Source of the DNA: Neophaeotheca triangularis
Taxonomy: Eukaryota
Direction of reading: 5' to 3'
NCBI GenBank assembly: GCA_054600435.1
Contig: BAAIJX010000008.1
Coordinates: 496,001 to 560,000, forward strand
Length of the DNA: 64,000 nucleotides
The notes beneath the pieces were generated by a model. That model ran no database searches. It was not told where the DNA came from and saw only the letters and a list, made by a program, of their open reading frames with translations. Positions 36,901 through 50,329 of this stretch are shown one piece after another. The number at the start of each line of letters is the position of its first letter. Position 1 is the stretch's first letter. A program made the translations under genes and the position numbers.

Positions 36901-37044
36901 GCGAGTGTTAGAGCCGCTTCGAAAGGTGCCGCGATTGTTCCCTCCGCCCCGTGTGTTGTTGATGCCGGCCGGCGCGCCGCGACCGTGGCTGTTGTTACCT
37001 CTGCCGCCTCTCGGCCTCGTGCCTCCGCCTCTTTCGAGCGACAT
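30984..37044 (-). CDS. SAC3: Sac3/GANP (TREX-2 mRNA export scaffold); 3 exons (introns 36727-36777, 36489-36546)
   Basis: SAC3/GANP domain VGTCKDMCP..ER, KKFKRAAAG.EEQLPSDLRPP, FVWDRTRAVRNDFSIQ and EAEFRAY; FG-repeat region; acidic tail. Confidence 0.93.
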
Positions 37045-37937
37045 GGTCGCGTATGCGTGGTGCCTCGTAAGTCTTCCTCATAGGTAAGACTGTCCGGGAT
37101 CCTGTGCTGCGCGGTTGTCGTATGTGAAGAGTCAAAGACAGTTGACGCGAGCTCTGGGAGCTTCAAAGAAGTCCACGAGCCGCACCTCGAATGCGGAAAC
37201 GCTCCCGCCGCGCCGCATTAGCTCGAGGCTAATAGTACGGCCCGAGATATGGGATCTTATCTTTATCAGATCTTGGCGGGCAACACGTCTTCACCACATA
37301 CATTAGGTACTGTGTACTGTAAGGTAACTTTGCAACACTAAGGAATGCGAATCACTGTGAACGACAGTGACAACTAGACAGTAGTATAATCAGAAACACT
37401 ACCCATCCTACTGCTATCCACATATCTAATACCCCCTTATCCACTTCAAGCCACCAAAACATAAATACAATCATCTCCTCATCACTCGAATCCTGATCTC
37501 ATAAGTCATACTCATCATCACCCATCGAATAGAAGCAAAGTCATACCCAAATCCCACACGCAACAAATCAAAGGAATAGAAAAAAAAAATCCGAAATGCG
37601 GTCGTCAGAGTCGTGTCGTGAGCTAATGTACAAAACTCGGCAAGCAAGCAACGCTAAAAGTATGCAGAGGGAAAGTTCGATGTCGGTAAACAGAGGGTGC
37701 AGGTAACGCTGGCTGGCTCGGAACGCTTTCATTTTACTGGCTGTCAAGTTGCTGAGGTGGTATACGCGTGAAGTTGAGGTCGTGGCGTGTCGTGTCGTGT
37801 ACTGTGCAGACGTCGGGGATGTACAGAGATTTGCGTTTGTTTGAAATTGGAAGAACTGGTGTGGTGGGGTGGATGACTGGGAAGGACGAGTGGGTTTTTA
37901 CGTCCCTAGGCGGCGCTCAGGTTAGCGTGGGTGTTCT

Positions 37938-40353
37938 TTATGATGGAAGTTGGGCAGCAATGGGCTTACATGCTCCTCCGCCGACACCTGCCGAGTGGCC
38001 TGTGAAAGGGCGTAGGACCCTTGCGGGTGCCTGGAAGTCGGCCTGGGGCTGCGAGTCTTGAAAGACGCTGGGAAGACCGTGAGGGTTCGGCTGCGCCATG
38101 TTGGGGTAAAAAGCCGGGTAGGTGTTGTCCTGGTCAAAAGCCATCATGTTCATCGTATAGTCGGGCTGAGCCTCGTGGAGACCCTGAGGGTGGAGGTGGC
38201 CGTTATCTTCGTACTTGAGATCATCAACGTGGAGGTTCATGGGGTCAATGAAACCCTGGCCTCGCTGCACTTGGGATTGCGAGCCGAACATGCCGTTGCC
38301 GAAGTCGTTGGAGCTTTCCAGTGGGCAGAAGGGCAGCTGCATCAAGTCGCTGGGCGAGCACATGGGTGTGTTGGGTGCGGTATCCCACTGGGGCTGCGTG
38401 TGTTGACCCATGTAGTTCACGAGGACATCTTTGTTGTGCGGGAGACCGTTCGTCGTAATGCCCCGATGGTAGTCGTATTGCTGCTGACCTGGGAAGACTG
38501 AAGTCGGTCGGAACGAGTTGTTCGATGAACTGTTTGTGTTGAAAGAAGAATTGGACGAGCTATCTTCGATGAGGGCGTAAGGACCATTGTTCATGCCACC
38601 AAGAGTACGGCCTTGAAAGACTACGTGCTCGGGATGGTGTGAGAGGTGAGCGGGCTGTTGAATAACACGGGTGTCTAACGGCGCTGTAGAGGGGTAGGTC
38701 GTGGCTCGAGTAGAAGGGCCGCGGTTGTGAATAGATTCGGCGGCACCGTGATGCTCAATATGCGACTGCTGCGTGGTGGTGGAGTGCTCAGCATACTTGG
38801 TAGGCTCACTGTAAGGGGACGTGGTTGGCTTCTCGTCAGCAACATCGATGTCGTTTCGATCGTCCATGTCGTCAGTTGTCTCGGAGAGTGCCAAACTCTC
38901 GACCCCACCCTTCAGCCTCTTCGACTGCCTAGTAGTCGACGTTGACCCAAGCTCTCCAGAGGTGAGGTCTGACACAGTCGAGACTGCTCGGGAACGCTTC
39001 CTCTTCATCAATGCCTTCTTCCGGCTCTTTGCTGCGGCATCTTCGACGATGAAGACGTGGCTTAAATCTGCGGTGATGAATGTCAGTGACCATCCACTTC
39101 CAACGATAGTCCGAGTTTTACAAGCATTCATACCGTAGCCGGGATCGCGACTCAAGGCGGACTCTTCCCTCTCGGCAATCTCGTACATCTCTTCCAGCAG
39201 TTTGAGGCGACGAGCAGCTTGTTCAGGCGTGCGCGTACCTTCACGAAGGTCATCCATGACTTGCGTGTAGGCATGTTCTTTGAGAAAGGCAGTCCACCCT
39301 TCACGAACGTGAGTCGGGTGGGGCTCGGAGTTGGGCTTGTCATTGTTCCACTGCTTAAGTTGCTCGGGAGTAGGACGTAATCTCAGTAGGTGAAGACAAA
39401 GCGGGATGCGTTCTGCACTTGGTGAGTACGGCATCCTTCGATAAGAGTGTTGAGTCAGACTTACGGTCGCGATGGATGTGGTCAGGCTCCTTGTATGGGC
39501 AGACTTCCTTATCAGGCCACCACATGGGAATTGGAGGGGGTTGGCCGGTAGTCTTCTCGTGTGCGTTGTTCTGGTACGGGAATTTGGCTTGCTTCTTGGG
39601 ACAAATGGCCTTGATCCATGCCTTGGCAATTTTTTTAACGGGAACTTGGTGGAGATTGCGAAGCCTGTGTTCGAGCTGCGCTTTCACTTCGGCGGTATCA
39701 CCGAGCCTCAGGTGGACCATTGGTGTGGCATCAGAGGGGTTTGGGTTGGATGGTTCAAGGCCGCCATCACGGTGTGCGTTGCGCCCTCGTTGGTGGCAAT
39801 GCTGCGACTCACGAGTCGTTGTTGAGGCTCGGAGCGGCCGTTGCTCAAGATCAAGATCCTGGCCGTTTTCATTTCGCGTTTGGACGGTCCGGACGGCAAG
39901 CTTCTTCGTCGTCTGGGCAGAGTCCACGGGGTTGGGGCATGGTGTGGAGGCCTGGTGGTCTTCAGAGACGGAGGCAGCCTCTTCGTAGACGTGCCGGAGA
40001 TTCTGCCGGATGTGCTTGGATGCAATACCGCTCCCAAACTGTTTGATATTACTCGACGTACGCACTGCAATGTCGTTTCCATTGTGCAGAGTCAAGAGAG
40101 CGAATGCCTTGACGTCGTGGAGACCGTGAGCTCCCAAGGCCCGGCCAAACGCATCAGCAGTTTCCTACACATTGAGAATTAGCCCGCTACAGTTCACGCT
40201 ACGACTGGTCTGGCAACGTACATCGTTCCAGCAGTCAGCTATGTCAAAGTCCTTATCGTCAGCGACCTGAACGCTAGGTCGTTTTTCGTTGGCTTCGTTT
40301 GACTTGGTTTTTGCGACATGGCGAGCCCTAGGTCTCGCGGGTTGTTGGACCAT
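37938..40353 (-). CDS. DUF2841 / YDR124W-like protein; 4 exons (introns 40165-40221, 39413-39464, 39068-39133)
   Basis: Family signature LHQVPVKKIAKAWIKAICPKKQAKFPY...P.WWP...YKEPDHI...RI.L.LHLLR. Confidence 0.85.
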
Positions 40354-43300
40354 CGAAACGGCTTCGTAGTTGTGAAGCCAGGTGGTGCAGGGGCTGGGTC
40401 ATACAACGGTTGGTTAGAGCAAGAGACGGCGTGTATTGAAGCGGGTCCAATGCAGCGTCTGAATCGTTCTTCCACCCTTGAATTGAGATGGTTGTAGAGC
40501 GAAATCCCAATCATAAGGGCTTTATGGTGTGTTGGTTGTGTTAGGTGAAGCGTCAGCGTAGTAATTCTAGAAAGACGTTGACCGTTGAAACGATGATGTA
40601 GAATAGGAAAGAGTGAAACAGAAAACCAAAACGAATGGCTGTAGAGGCAGAGACGGCCTTAAAGCAGATGGGGCTTCATCCCTGCCACCCGCTATGGAGA
40701 AATCTGTCACAAAGAAACACAAACCAGGGCCTGCAGCATCTCAAGAGTGCTCCCAGGGTACTGGGGAAAGTACGTCTCGATGTGCCTGTATAACAAAGGG
40801 CCCGAAGGCCCAGCGCACCCAGCCGAGAGTAGTGTGACACTGCCAGGCGGAGGACATAACAAGCAACGGCTACGGGTAGCAAAGGCGAAACAGGAGCGGC
40901 ACTGTCAAGCAATATCAAACCCGGTTCAACGGGGCCCGCCATGGTGGATGTGGCAGATGGGCTAGATGTGCGATTGTAAACCTACCTAGACAGCTACAGG
41001 CACCTCTTCAATGAGAGGGCGATGGGAGCGAGAGACGAGCCGCACCACCAGCATGTCCGTGTCCCTGGTGTTTGGGTCGATACTGCGATGGAAGGAAGAG
41101 GCGTCCGTGGAAGTGCTGCCTGCATTGCAGATGGTGATTAGGGTTGGACCTTGTGCGACCCGATTTAGTGGCAGCCAACGGCTGGAAGGACTTATGGCAG
41201 CTCTCGACAGTTGCGTGGTTGTATTGCGCGCATGTAGCGTGGGATGCCAGAAGAAAGGCGACGAGAGCGGGTCCGAGAATGCAGGTCAACACAAACAGAA
41301 GAAATTAGGGCGAAGCGTATCTATTCTAGAAGATGGTGTCGAATCGACAGCCTGTGCCACAAAAGTGCAGAGCGCTTATCCGAGATCGTTTGTCGTCCGA
41401 CGATGAGATGGAGGAGGGAGATGGCGATCGATTCTGTCCAGATATGATCGTGTGCATGTCATGTCATCTAGACCGAATACCTGGACCGCAGTGAGCTGAA
41501 GTGGCTAGGTAGAGAGATATGGCACCGTGGGATGCGGTGAGAGGGCCTAATGCAGTGGACTTGCTGTTGATGGCGACTGGCAGATGCAGGTCTTGGGCTA
41601 GAGAAGAAAGGGGGGAGGGCATTGATCAGGTGCCGTGCCGTAGATATGCAATTAAGCGAGGGGCCTTTCGGAGGAGGGTACAGTAGTAGTAGTGGTAGTA
41701 GTAGATGCCCGCAGTACTAGTAGTTACTACAGTACATAGGTAGTACTTCGAGTCGTGTCGTCTCCAAGTCTGGGTGTCACATCCCCGAGGGACGGCACGA
41801 GGTACCTACTGACCTCAGGTACTACTAGTAGTAGTACTGACTACTAGTATATAGTAGTAGATGAGCAGCCACGTCTCCAGATCCATGGGCTTTCCAACCT
41901 CCGGGGATAATGTACATAGCACAATAGTAGGTCGCTTCTTGTCAGTTAGTGTACTTCCGTACCTGGGTAATTTAGTTGTTGACTTGTTACCTTGTAGCCG
42001 ACGTGGTGAAGATCGGAATGCCGAAGATTGATGCAGTCACCTGATCGGGTATACCTCGTAGGTAATAATATGTAAGCGAAGTGAAGACTTGAACCGATCT
42101 CATCACTCATCACTCATCGCCCACCCGTGCGCCCCGTCCGTCTCGGCCCGGTCGATGAGCCGATTGAGACAGCCCGATTCCTACCTATCTAGTATCTACT
42201 GTCTACCTATCTCCCTATTGACCTATATCTGATTCTTGTTGTAGCTAGTCAAGAAGATAAAACAATATGAACTGTGGAGGTTTCCCTTGAATTAAATACC
42301 CCTAAATCATCAACCCATCAAACAGCAAGCCTAGACCCATGCCCCTATGCAGAATTATGCACATGCATCGCCGTTACCCCCTACAAACAGCAGTGGAGTG
42401 CAGGTATCCCAGCAAAAGCAACAACAATCAAAAAAAAAACCCCAAAACTTCCACGTCACATGTGAAAACAACCCGATTCCCTGTAGCCATGTAAACGACC
42501 CTACTACTACCACCACCAGCAGGTCCACCACCAGCAAGGAAGAATCTAACCAAACCGCGCCAACGCATCAACCGGCATGGCGCCATAACCGCTTAGTCGA
42601 AAAAGAAAAAAAGAGAAACCTCGCTTGCCTACAGCCGAAGCCTTCCCTGCATTCACTGAATCACGAGAGAGGCCCACATGCCTTTTGAAACCACCCCCCA
42701 CTGGTCACGACAACCGTGCCACAGCAGCAGCCGGAAAACCCTCAGAATCCACGAGTTCACGCTCGTCGGGGCAAGCGGAAAAAAGTGAAGAAAGTGGGCA
42801 AACCCGCCTGCACGTAGACAGACGTGGACAATAATAGTTTGTCCCACCGACTACTAACGGGGAGGAAAAAGGAACCTCCCCCAAAATCCCCGAACATCAG
42901 ACGGTTGATAGGCAATAATACGCACGACCGCATTTGCACGGAGAAGAAACAGGCCCACGTTGAAAGCTACTACTGTAGCCCAGCTGTGCCAGCACGCAAT
43001 ATATATGTATCCGCCGTTGCCACGGTGCTACTGCTGCCCTGCTGCTGCTGCTGCTGCTGCTGCGGAGATGGGTGGGTAGTGGTCACGTATTGCGTGCTTC
43101 GCGACATTGACAGCTGCCATGTAAACGTGGTCGCGAGCCACGGCGGGCGGGGAAAATAGTAAACGTTGCCAACTGTCACGCGTTTGACAACAGCCAGGTT
43201 GGCAGCTGCCGAGTCATGGGCCCGGACAATAGTATGTACTTCGACGAGACACGCTGCAGAGGATCGGAATTGGCGTTTTCTCGCAGCGGCATGCGCGATC

Positions 43301-43504
43301 GGAATTTCTACGACTTCTTACGGAAGCTCGTCCGCTCTCCCCCTTCGAAGCGAGATGTAGAAGTGATCGATTGCGATCTTGTGGCGGTTCATCATGAGAG
43401 TACAATCTAGATTTCATCGAAGCGCTATCAATTTTTTTTTCTCTTTCGCGTGAGATTTTACAAGAGCAGATGGGGAAACTAGGCTTCTTCGTCTACGGTG
43501 CTTA

Positions 43505-46500
43505 TCACTGCGCACTGCTGGTTTGGTCGAAACTGCTCAAGAGCCCGCTTTCCCGCACTAGCTCGTAGAAGAGGCCTTTGCTGTTGACCAGGTTCTGCGG
43601 CGTGTCAAATTCCTTCACTGTGCCGTGATCGAGAACGACGATTCGGTCGCTGTCGAGGATGGTGTTGATGCGGTGAGCGACTGTTGAGAAAAGAGTTAGC
43701 CACCAGAACTCTAATAGAAATTAGATACATAGACTCACTCGTGATGATAGTCCGATCCTTGAACATGTTGCTGCGGAGTGTCATTTGCAGCATTGCGTCC
43801 GTTTCAACATCAACAGCAGCAGTAGCCTCGTCGAGCACCAGGATGTTGCTGGGAGTGAGGAGCGCTCTGGCCAGAGAGACAAGCTGTCTCTGACCTGAAC
43901 TGAGATTAGAGCCGCCTTCGTGGATGGGTGCGTCGAGCTGTCCTTCCATCTCAGCAACATGATCACGAAGGCGGGCGTGGTCGAGGACGCTCCACAGCTC
44001 GGTGTCGTCGTGCACATGTCCGGGGTCAAGATTGTCTCTGACCGTTCCCTCAAACAACGCCGCGTCCTGTGGGATGATGGCGAGTCTACTACGCAGATCC
44101 ATCAGACCAATTGAGCTAGTATTGAGACCGTCGATAGTCACGTTCCCTTCAGTAGGTTCAATGATGCGGAATAGAGCCAACGTGAGCGAACTCTTTCCTG
44201 CCCCAGTACGACCAACGACACCAATCTTCTCGTGAGATAGAATGTTGAGGTTAACATCCTTGAGCACCAGGTCTAGCCCCTGCCTGTACCGAGTACTGTA
44301 CCCATTGAACGAGACAGCTCCTTTGGAGGGCCAGCTGGCAGGAGGTCGGTTCTTCGAGATGACATCCGCAGCTTCACTGGGCAGGCGGGCGTACTCGAGA
44401 ACGCGCTCGACTGAGACAATATTGGTCTCGACCTCAACAGTCTGTCTGACGATCCAATTGAGCGATTGGGTGATTTGCAAAGCGTAACTCATCGACAGAC
44501 CGACGAAGCCGGCCGATAGGTTGCTACCGCCAGTGACGGAGATGATCGCGAATCCTGCGGCGGCGAAGATAATCAGAGAGCCTAGAAACTCCAGCCGAAC
44601 GGCAAGCCAGCGGTTGGCGTTGATCGACGGAAAGTAAGCTCTAAGATTCGCGTCGACGCGCCATTCGTTTTCCTGCGCGAAGCGCTTTGTCTGGCGATAC
44701 GCTCGGATGGTGCTGATGCCGGCGAGAGACTCTTGAAAGTGAGCATAGATGGGACTCCTACTGATGCTGTCCAGGCGTTTGAGTTCACGGGACGTGCGGA
44801 GGTAGTATCGTTGAATCCATAGATAGAGGGCAGCAAGGGGAAGGATCAGCGCAATAAACGGGGGTGTCGACACCGAGATGACGACAAGCGTGAAAAGAGC
44901 TGCGATGAGGTGTCAGAAGAAAGCCACTAGCGAATGTCATGCATCCCACGTTGTGTACTACGTACCTCGGGCTGCGTTTGTGAATAACATGTTGAAAGTA
45001 CGCCTGCAAACGTGGTCAGCGTCGTCAACCGGGTTGCCATGCCGCGCAATGTGGCGTTTCCGTTGTACTTACGCGAGTACTTCGTCGATGCGATAGATGT
45101 CACTGGAGATATCGATTAGCGAGTGTTTCGAAGACGAAGGTCCCCTGTCGTTGCCAAGGTGGAAGCGAAATCGGCATGCCGATAATCAAACGCTTCGGAC
45201 CGTTAGACCCCGCGCCAATGCAGCGTCTTGGTGCAACGGAACGCATGCAGGTGCGAGGACCGAAGAGCACATTTGCGCCCGTGTGATTGCGTTGAAAAGC
45301 GCGCGGCTTGCTTACCTCGAAAATCTGTTCAGGATGCGCCCGCTGGGCGTTGTCTCGAAAAAGCTCATGGGCGACCGGAAGATGGCGTGGGCCATTCTTT
45401 CATGCAACTTGCGGGACGCCTGTTCCCCGTTCACCCGTGTCAGCCATGATCCCGGGCCGCAGATGCCAGCGCATCGAACAAGGGGGAAGCATGCAAGTGA
45501 GATGCAACAATCAAAAATCGGAAGGGGTGCATCGGCGAAACTTACCTCGATCGAGCAGAAGATCCACAAGATTAGGGTCTGCAGGACAACCAGAGCAGAC
45601 GATCCGAAACCGAAGGCGAAGTAGATGCCGATGTATCGGACAACGTGCGGGTTTCCGCCATATCTGCTGTTGACCTCTGACCAATTTTTCAACCAGACGC
45701 TGCCCCCTACACACGCATTGTTAGCCTACCAATATTCATCGCTCGACTCTTCTCATTACCGGACATGTCCTTTTCAGCCCCCCTTGACGTGTGGGAAGCT
45801 AAAACCTGGTTGCAGAAGACCCCTCTCTCTGCATGGGCGGCATGTAGGATAGAGCAGACTTACCGATCTGTGCCGATTGAGCACCAACCAACATGATCAA
45901 GTATATGGCGACGGCAGCAAGGTTGCTCGCTTTGGCGTATTCCTTGTAAATGTCCCATTTGACTTTGCCCTGCTCGGTCGTTTCCTTGCTCTGTTTCGTC
46001 TTGAGCGCGCCTTTGTTGTCCTCTTCATCGGTCATTTTGCCTCGCGGCCCGCGGAAGCTTGCCGTAGACGCCCTGCGCAACGTCATGGTACTCGACTTAC
46101 GCGCGGGAGCTCCTCCATTTGGTTTAATTGGTGCGAGCTGTGTTAGTCCTTCGTGGGCTTCATGACGTTCCTCGGGGTCTTCAGACTCCTCGGCCTCATA
46201 CACAGTCTCGCTCTCGCTGGCAGGGCTGCTACCGGAGTTTTTGGAGCTTTCGTCTTCTTGGTCTTCCTCGTTGCTGGCGGTTCTGATGAGCTGGGCAATC
46301 TCTCCCTTCATGGCCATGAGCTGCTCATAGGTTCCACGCTCAATAATCTTGCCCTTGCGAAGCAACAATACGTAGTGGGCTTCCAACAAGACTGGGATTG
46401 AGTTGGTCGCCAAGATACGTGTCTTGCCGCTAAGCAAACCCTTCGGGCCTAGCACATTATTGATCAGATGCCTGCCAACGTGCTGGTCGACTGCAGAAAG

Positions 46501-48831
46501 AACATCATCCAGAAGATAAATGTCGGCACGAGCATACACTGCTCGGGCAAGCGTAAGACGAGTCTTTTGGCCACCAGACAAGCTGATTCCTCGCTCTCCA
46601 ACCTCAGTCTGGTCACCATCCGGCAGACTAGCGAAATCCTCGAGCAGCGCGCAAGCCTTGACGGTGCGGTCATAGAACGTCGGATCCCAACGATACCCGA
46701 AAACGATGTTCTCCCTCACGCTCGCATTCATGACCCAGGGGCTCTGAGCAACGTAAGCTGTAGCGCCTCGCATGATAACTTCACCCTTGATCTTGTAGAT
46801 GTCACCGAGCATAGTCTGCAAGAAGCTACTCTTGCCTGCGCCAACGCGACCGACGACGCAAGAGAGCTCGCCCTTGTGCGCACTGAAGCTGATGTCTTCC
46901 AGAGCATTGCGGTCCTCATCCTTGTTCCAAGTGAATGTTGCGTCGCGGATTCTTACGCTCTCTTCGCCATGGGGGACGGGGTCGCCCTTGAGTACTGCAT
47001 CTGGCTGCAGCTCTGGGGCGGTCAGAAAGCTAGTTAAGCGGCCGACCGCCACGCTTGCTTCAATGATGGAGGTGATGACCATGGGTAGAACAGCCAGCGG
47101 GAACGTGAGCAAGTTGAAAAGAGTCAACGCAGGGAACACAATCTCGGTGCTAAGCGGTTGGTTGGTGGTTGCTACGAAGACCGCAAAAGTCGAACACGAA
47201 ACGAAGAAGGGCGTAGTAGACCACGTAAAATTCGCCATCGCTGTCACGGCGCCAATCTTTCTGAGCGTGTGGAGTTCCTGGTCATTTCGCACAAAGTTGA
47301 GCTTGTTGATAAAGGCCGTGGTCCAGGCGTAGAGTTTGATGCTCTTCATGTTGTTGAGAATTTCAGTCATTAGTCGTGTGCGTGCGTCTTTGTTCTTCAT
47401 CTGCGTCTTCTGTAGACTCTTCGAGATGCGCGCAATGAAACCATTGATAGGAATCATGAGAATCATAACCCCAAGACCCGCGAACATTGAAATTCCGACG
47501 AGCTGGTAGAGCGAGAGCAAGCATAGAACGATCTGGAAGGGAGCGCTCCACAGCATTTGGCCGTACTGGGACAGGTCCTGCAGACGCTGCGTATCGACCG
47601 CCATGTAGTTGACGATGTCGCCAGTATTTTTGGAGGCCCTTCCTTCGTTGCTGAGGCGCATGCTTTTGGCGTAGATGGCGGCGGTCAGCGAGCTCTTGAC
47701 TCTCATCCCGGTCTCAAAAGCACGCTGGAAGTATTGATGCAAGCAAGCAGTCTGGCTCACGGACACTGCGAACATTGCAAGAGCAATTGCAGCACCTTGG
47801 GTGGCCGGCTGCGGTTCCTTTCCAGGCCTGTAAGAGTCGACGAAAGAGATCAAGAGTCGGAGCAGCTGAGGCTGGATAAAATTCAGGCAGTCCGACAAAG
47901 TCTTGATCACAGCACCACGGAAGTAAGGCCCACCGAATGATCGAATCAGGGCAATCCAAAGGCTAGGCTTCTTCTTCTCGAGCTCATCGCCCCAGGCATC
48001 GTCGAATGTTTGAGCAGTAGCTCTCGTGGTATCCCTTTTGCGCAAGTTCCACAGATCGTCCTGAGTCAAGAACTCCTTATACCCATACTTCATCATGGGC
48101 GTCATCCAGCCAAAGGTAAGAATAGAGAAGATGTTGGCATATTCAATGGGGCACTCGTCCTCGTCTCCAAGCGCATCGTAAGCCGACACGCGCTTCGGCA
48201 CAAAGGTTTCCAGAACAAACTCCAGCAGCGCCAAACCCACACTGACAGTGAAAGTCGCAAAATACGGCACATACGTCTTGTACAGCTCTTGCGACACCAG
48301 AGACCGCAGCTTGACACCGTAAGAGATCAACAAAAGCAGCCAGTATGTCAAAACCACTCCGTTGGCATTCCTCGAACGCCAGTGCTCCAAGTATTGAACG
48401 TAGTAGATCACTACAAGTGACAGAAGGTTGAGCATGGTCGTCCAGAACCTAAAATCCCCCACCCATATCCCGGGAAAGTGTTCCACCTGCAACGCAGCCT
48501 GCAGAGCAGTCGTGACGCCCAAGAGCCCAATCACCACCAACTTGGCGTAGAAGTGCCAGTTTTTCTTCACCGGCTGTTCGGTGCATTTCTTATAGAGATA
48601 CCATATCGCGCAGAGTCCACCCAAGATGCCCCATGCGGCTACCGTTGCCGTCCAGACGTCAAGGAAGCAGGGCGTGAAGTCATAGCGGTAGGGGCTCAAC
48701 GGGCCCCAGCCCTCCTTGTTACCGCATAGTGGTTGTGCTGCCTTGCCGGAGGCTACCGCGGAGAGGTAGGTAGGGTACTCGAGAGGGTTGGGACTCTGCA
48801 GGACCGTTTGCGAGTCGGCGGAGTCCACCAT
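43505..48831 (-). CDS. YCF1: ABCC/MRP vacuolar glutathione-S-conjugate (metal resistance) transporter Ycf1; 7 exons (introns 45707-45863, 45420-45545, 45103-45315, 45004-45072, 44900-44965, 43681-43738)
   Basis: TMD0 C...[20 protein letters not shown]1 [19 protein letters not shown] regulatory motif; NBD2 [24 protein letters not shown]. Confidence 0.93.
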
Positions 48832-49387
48832 TGACGGCGGCGGCGAGGGTGGTTAGGCCCCTGGGATGAGGCGGAAGGGATTTCTAGGTAATGCGTTGGT
48901 GGTGATGACGGTTTGTTTCGATCGTAGGGCGGCGAATCACGGTCAGGTCACTGAAGGCTACCGCGAGAAGTAGTGGATGATGATGGAAGTCTGAGGAGAA
49001 TCGAAGAGACCAGGGAAAGAGGCTCGACCGCTGCGAATTCTTCCTTTACAGGTACGTACAGTAGGAAAACGAGTGCGCAAGTAGAAGCAGACGACTTCGG
49101 CAGAGAAAGAGAGAGAGAGAGAGAGAGTTTGGGAGTATTAGAAATGAAATGCCTTTTGCGTCGCGCAGCTCGAGCTTCCCGTTTCGGTTCGGCCGCTCGA
49201 ACGAACTTGCGCTTCAATTCCGCTGTTGCCGGCAAAAGCCATGGACGTCACCTGCGACTGCGATCCATCTGCCAAGACATATATATCCCAATCACCTCCC
49301 CCCGATTCCGCTCCACCACCATCAATCACCACCTGCACCGCCTCCGCTGGTCCAGGTCATGATTGCTGTCGGACATTCTACAAGGTA

Positions 49388-50017
49388 ATGGTACGAACAC
49401 ATGGCAGTCTCTCCAAGGACGAGGAGATCAACGATGCCGCCTGGGTGGCGGCGCGAGGCGCTACTGTAGGAGCATGTAAGGTACGAGTGGACCAGCAATA
49501 TATCCGTATTCCCCCTTCACAATGCCGCTACACAGTCCCTCTATGCTACCCTCTTAGACACGTGCAATTCCCAGCTAACGGACATTCTTTACCAGTGGGG
49601 CATCTTCTCAGCAGCAGCAGCAGGCCTAGGCCTAGCCTTCTCGCCCGTCTACAGAGGCCTGACCTTCCAGTTCAAAGTGTAAGTCCAGGAACCAGGGTTA
49701 AGCCAATCCAAAAAGATCCAAAACCCAAGACCTCAACAAATCATCACCCAACCAACTCCCACCACACCCCGCTCCAACCCTTTGAGATGAATACTCTTAA
49801 CACCCTTTTCAGTTTCCTCCAGATGTCCGGCATGACCCTCGGCAGCATGGTGGAAGCGGACAAGCGGCTCCGGTCGCACGAGATTCACGTCCGGCACCAG
49901 AAGAAACTCGCGCGCGACGCCGAAGTCTGGCGGAGGTACGAAGCCGATTATTTGGGGAAAGTGGCGCCGAGTTTGAAAGGAGAGGGGGAGGAGCAGCAGG
50001 GGCAGAGTGAGAAGTGA
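49388..50017 (+). CDS. Small conserved fungal membrane protein; 3 exons (introns 49481-49595, 49679-49812)
   Basis: Spliced product MVRTHGSLSKDEEINDAAWVAARGATVGACKWGIFSAAAAGLGLAFSPVYRGLTFQFKVFLQMSGMTLGSMVEADKRLR; canonical splice signals. Confidence 0.8.
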   Translation: MVRTHGSLSKDEEINDAAWVAARGATVGACKVRVDQQYIRIPPSQCRYTVPLCYPLRHVQFPANGHSLPVGHLLSSSSRPRPSLLARLQRPDLPVQSVSPGTRVKPIQKDPKPKTSTNHHPTNSHHTPLQPFEMNTLNTLFSFLQMSGMTLGSMVEADKRLRSHEIHVRHQKKLARDAEVWRRYEADYLGKVAPSLKGEGEEQQGQSEK

Positions 50018-50329
50018 TTCGCCTCGCGCTACGCGAGAGCGACAATAGGGATAGACTTTTGCGAAAACGGAAACGCCCCATTGCACATGTGTTGTACAAG
50101 CAAAGGTATTGTACATAGCGGTCTGCGGGACTTGTTTCTACAAAAGCAAGATGCTGCACTTTCCTTTTCCCCCATCGTCTCCATCCATCCATCCATCTTC
50201 CTTCCCGGTGAAAATTACATATGCAACAAGAGTGTGAACAAAAAGCCGCAGCGCCGCGCGAACGCTAGAAAAGCAGCCCCCCATTCACAACCACACCCTC
50301 CCTTCTAACCGTCCCTTCACAACTCACCC

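Noticed and set aside
41008..41292. 94-aa ORF resembling a small secreted protein
   Set aside because: It starts at GTG rather than ATG; more likely upstream/UTR sequence of the DUF2841 gene.
45103..45863. TPP riboswitch or snoRNA in the YCF1 introns
   Set aside because: No TPP aptamer consensus and no convincing C/D or H/ACA box pairs by eye; an Infernal/Rfam scan would be decisive.
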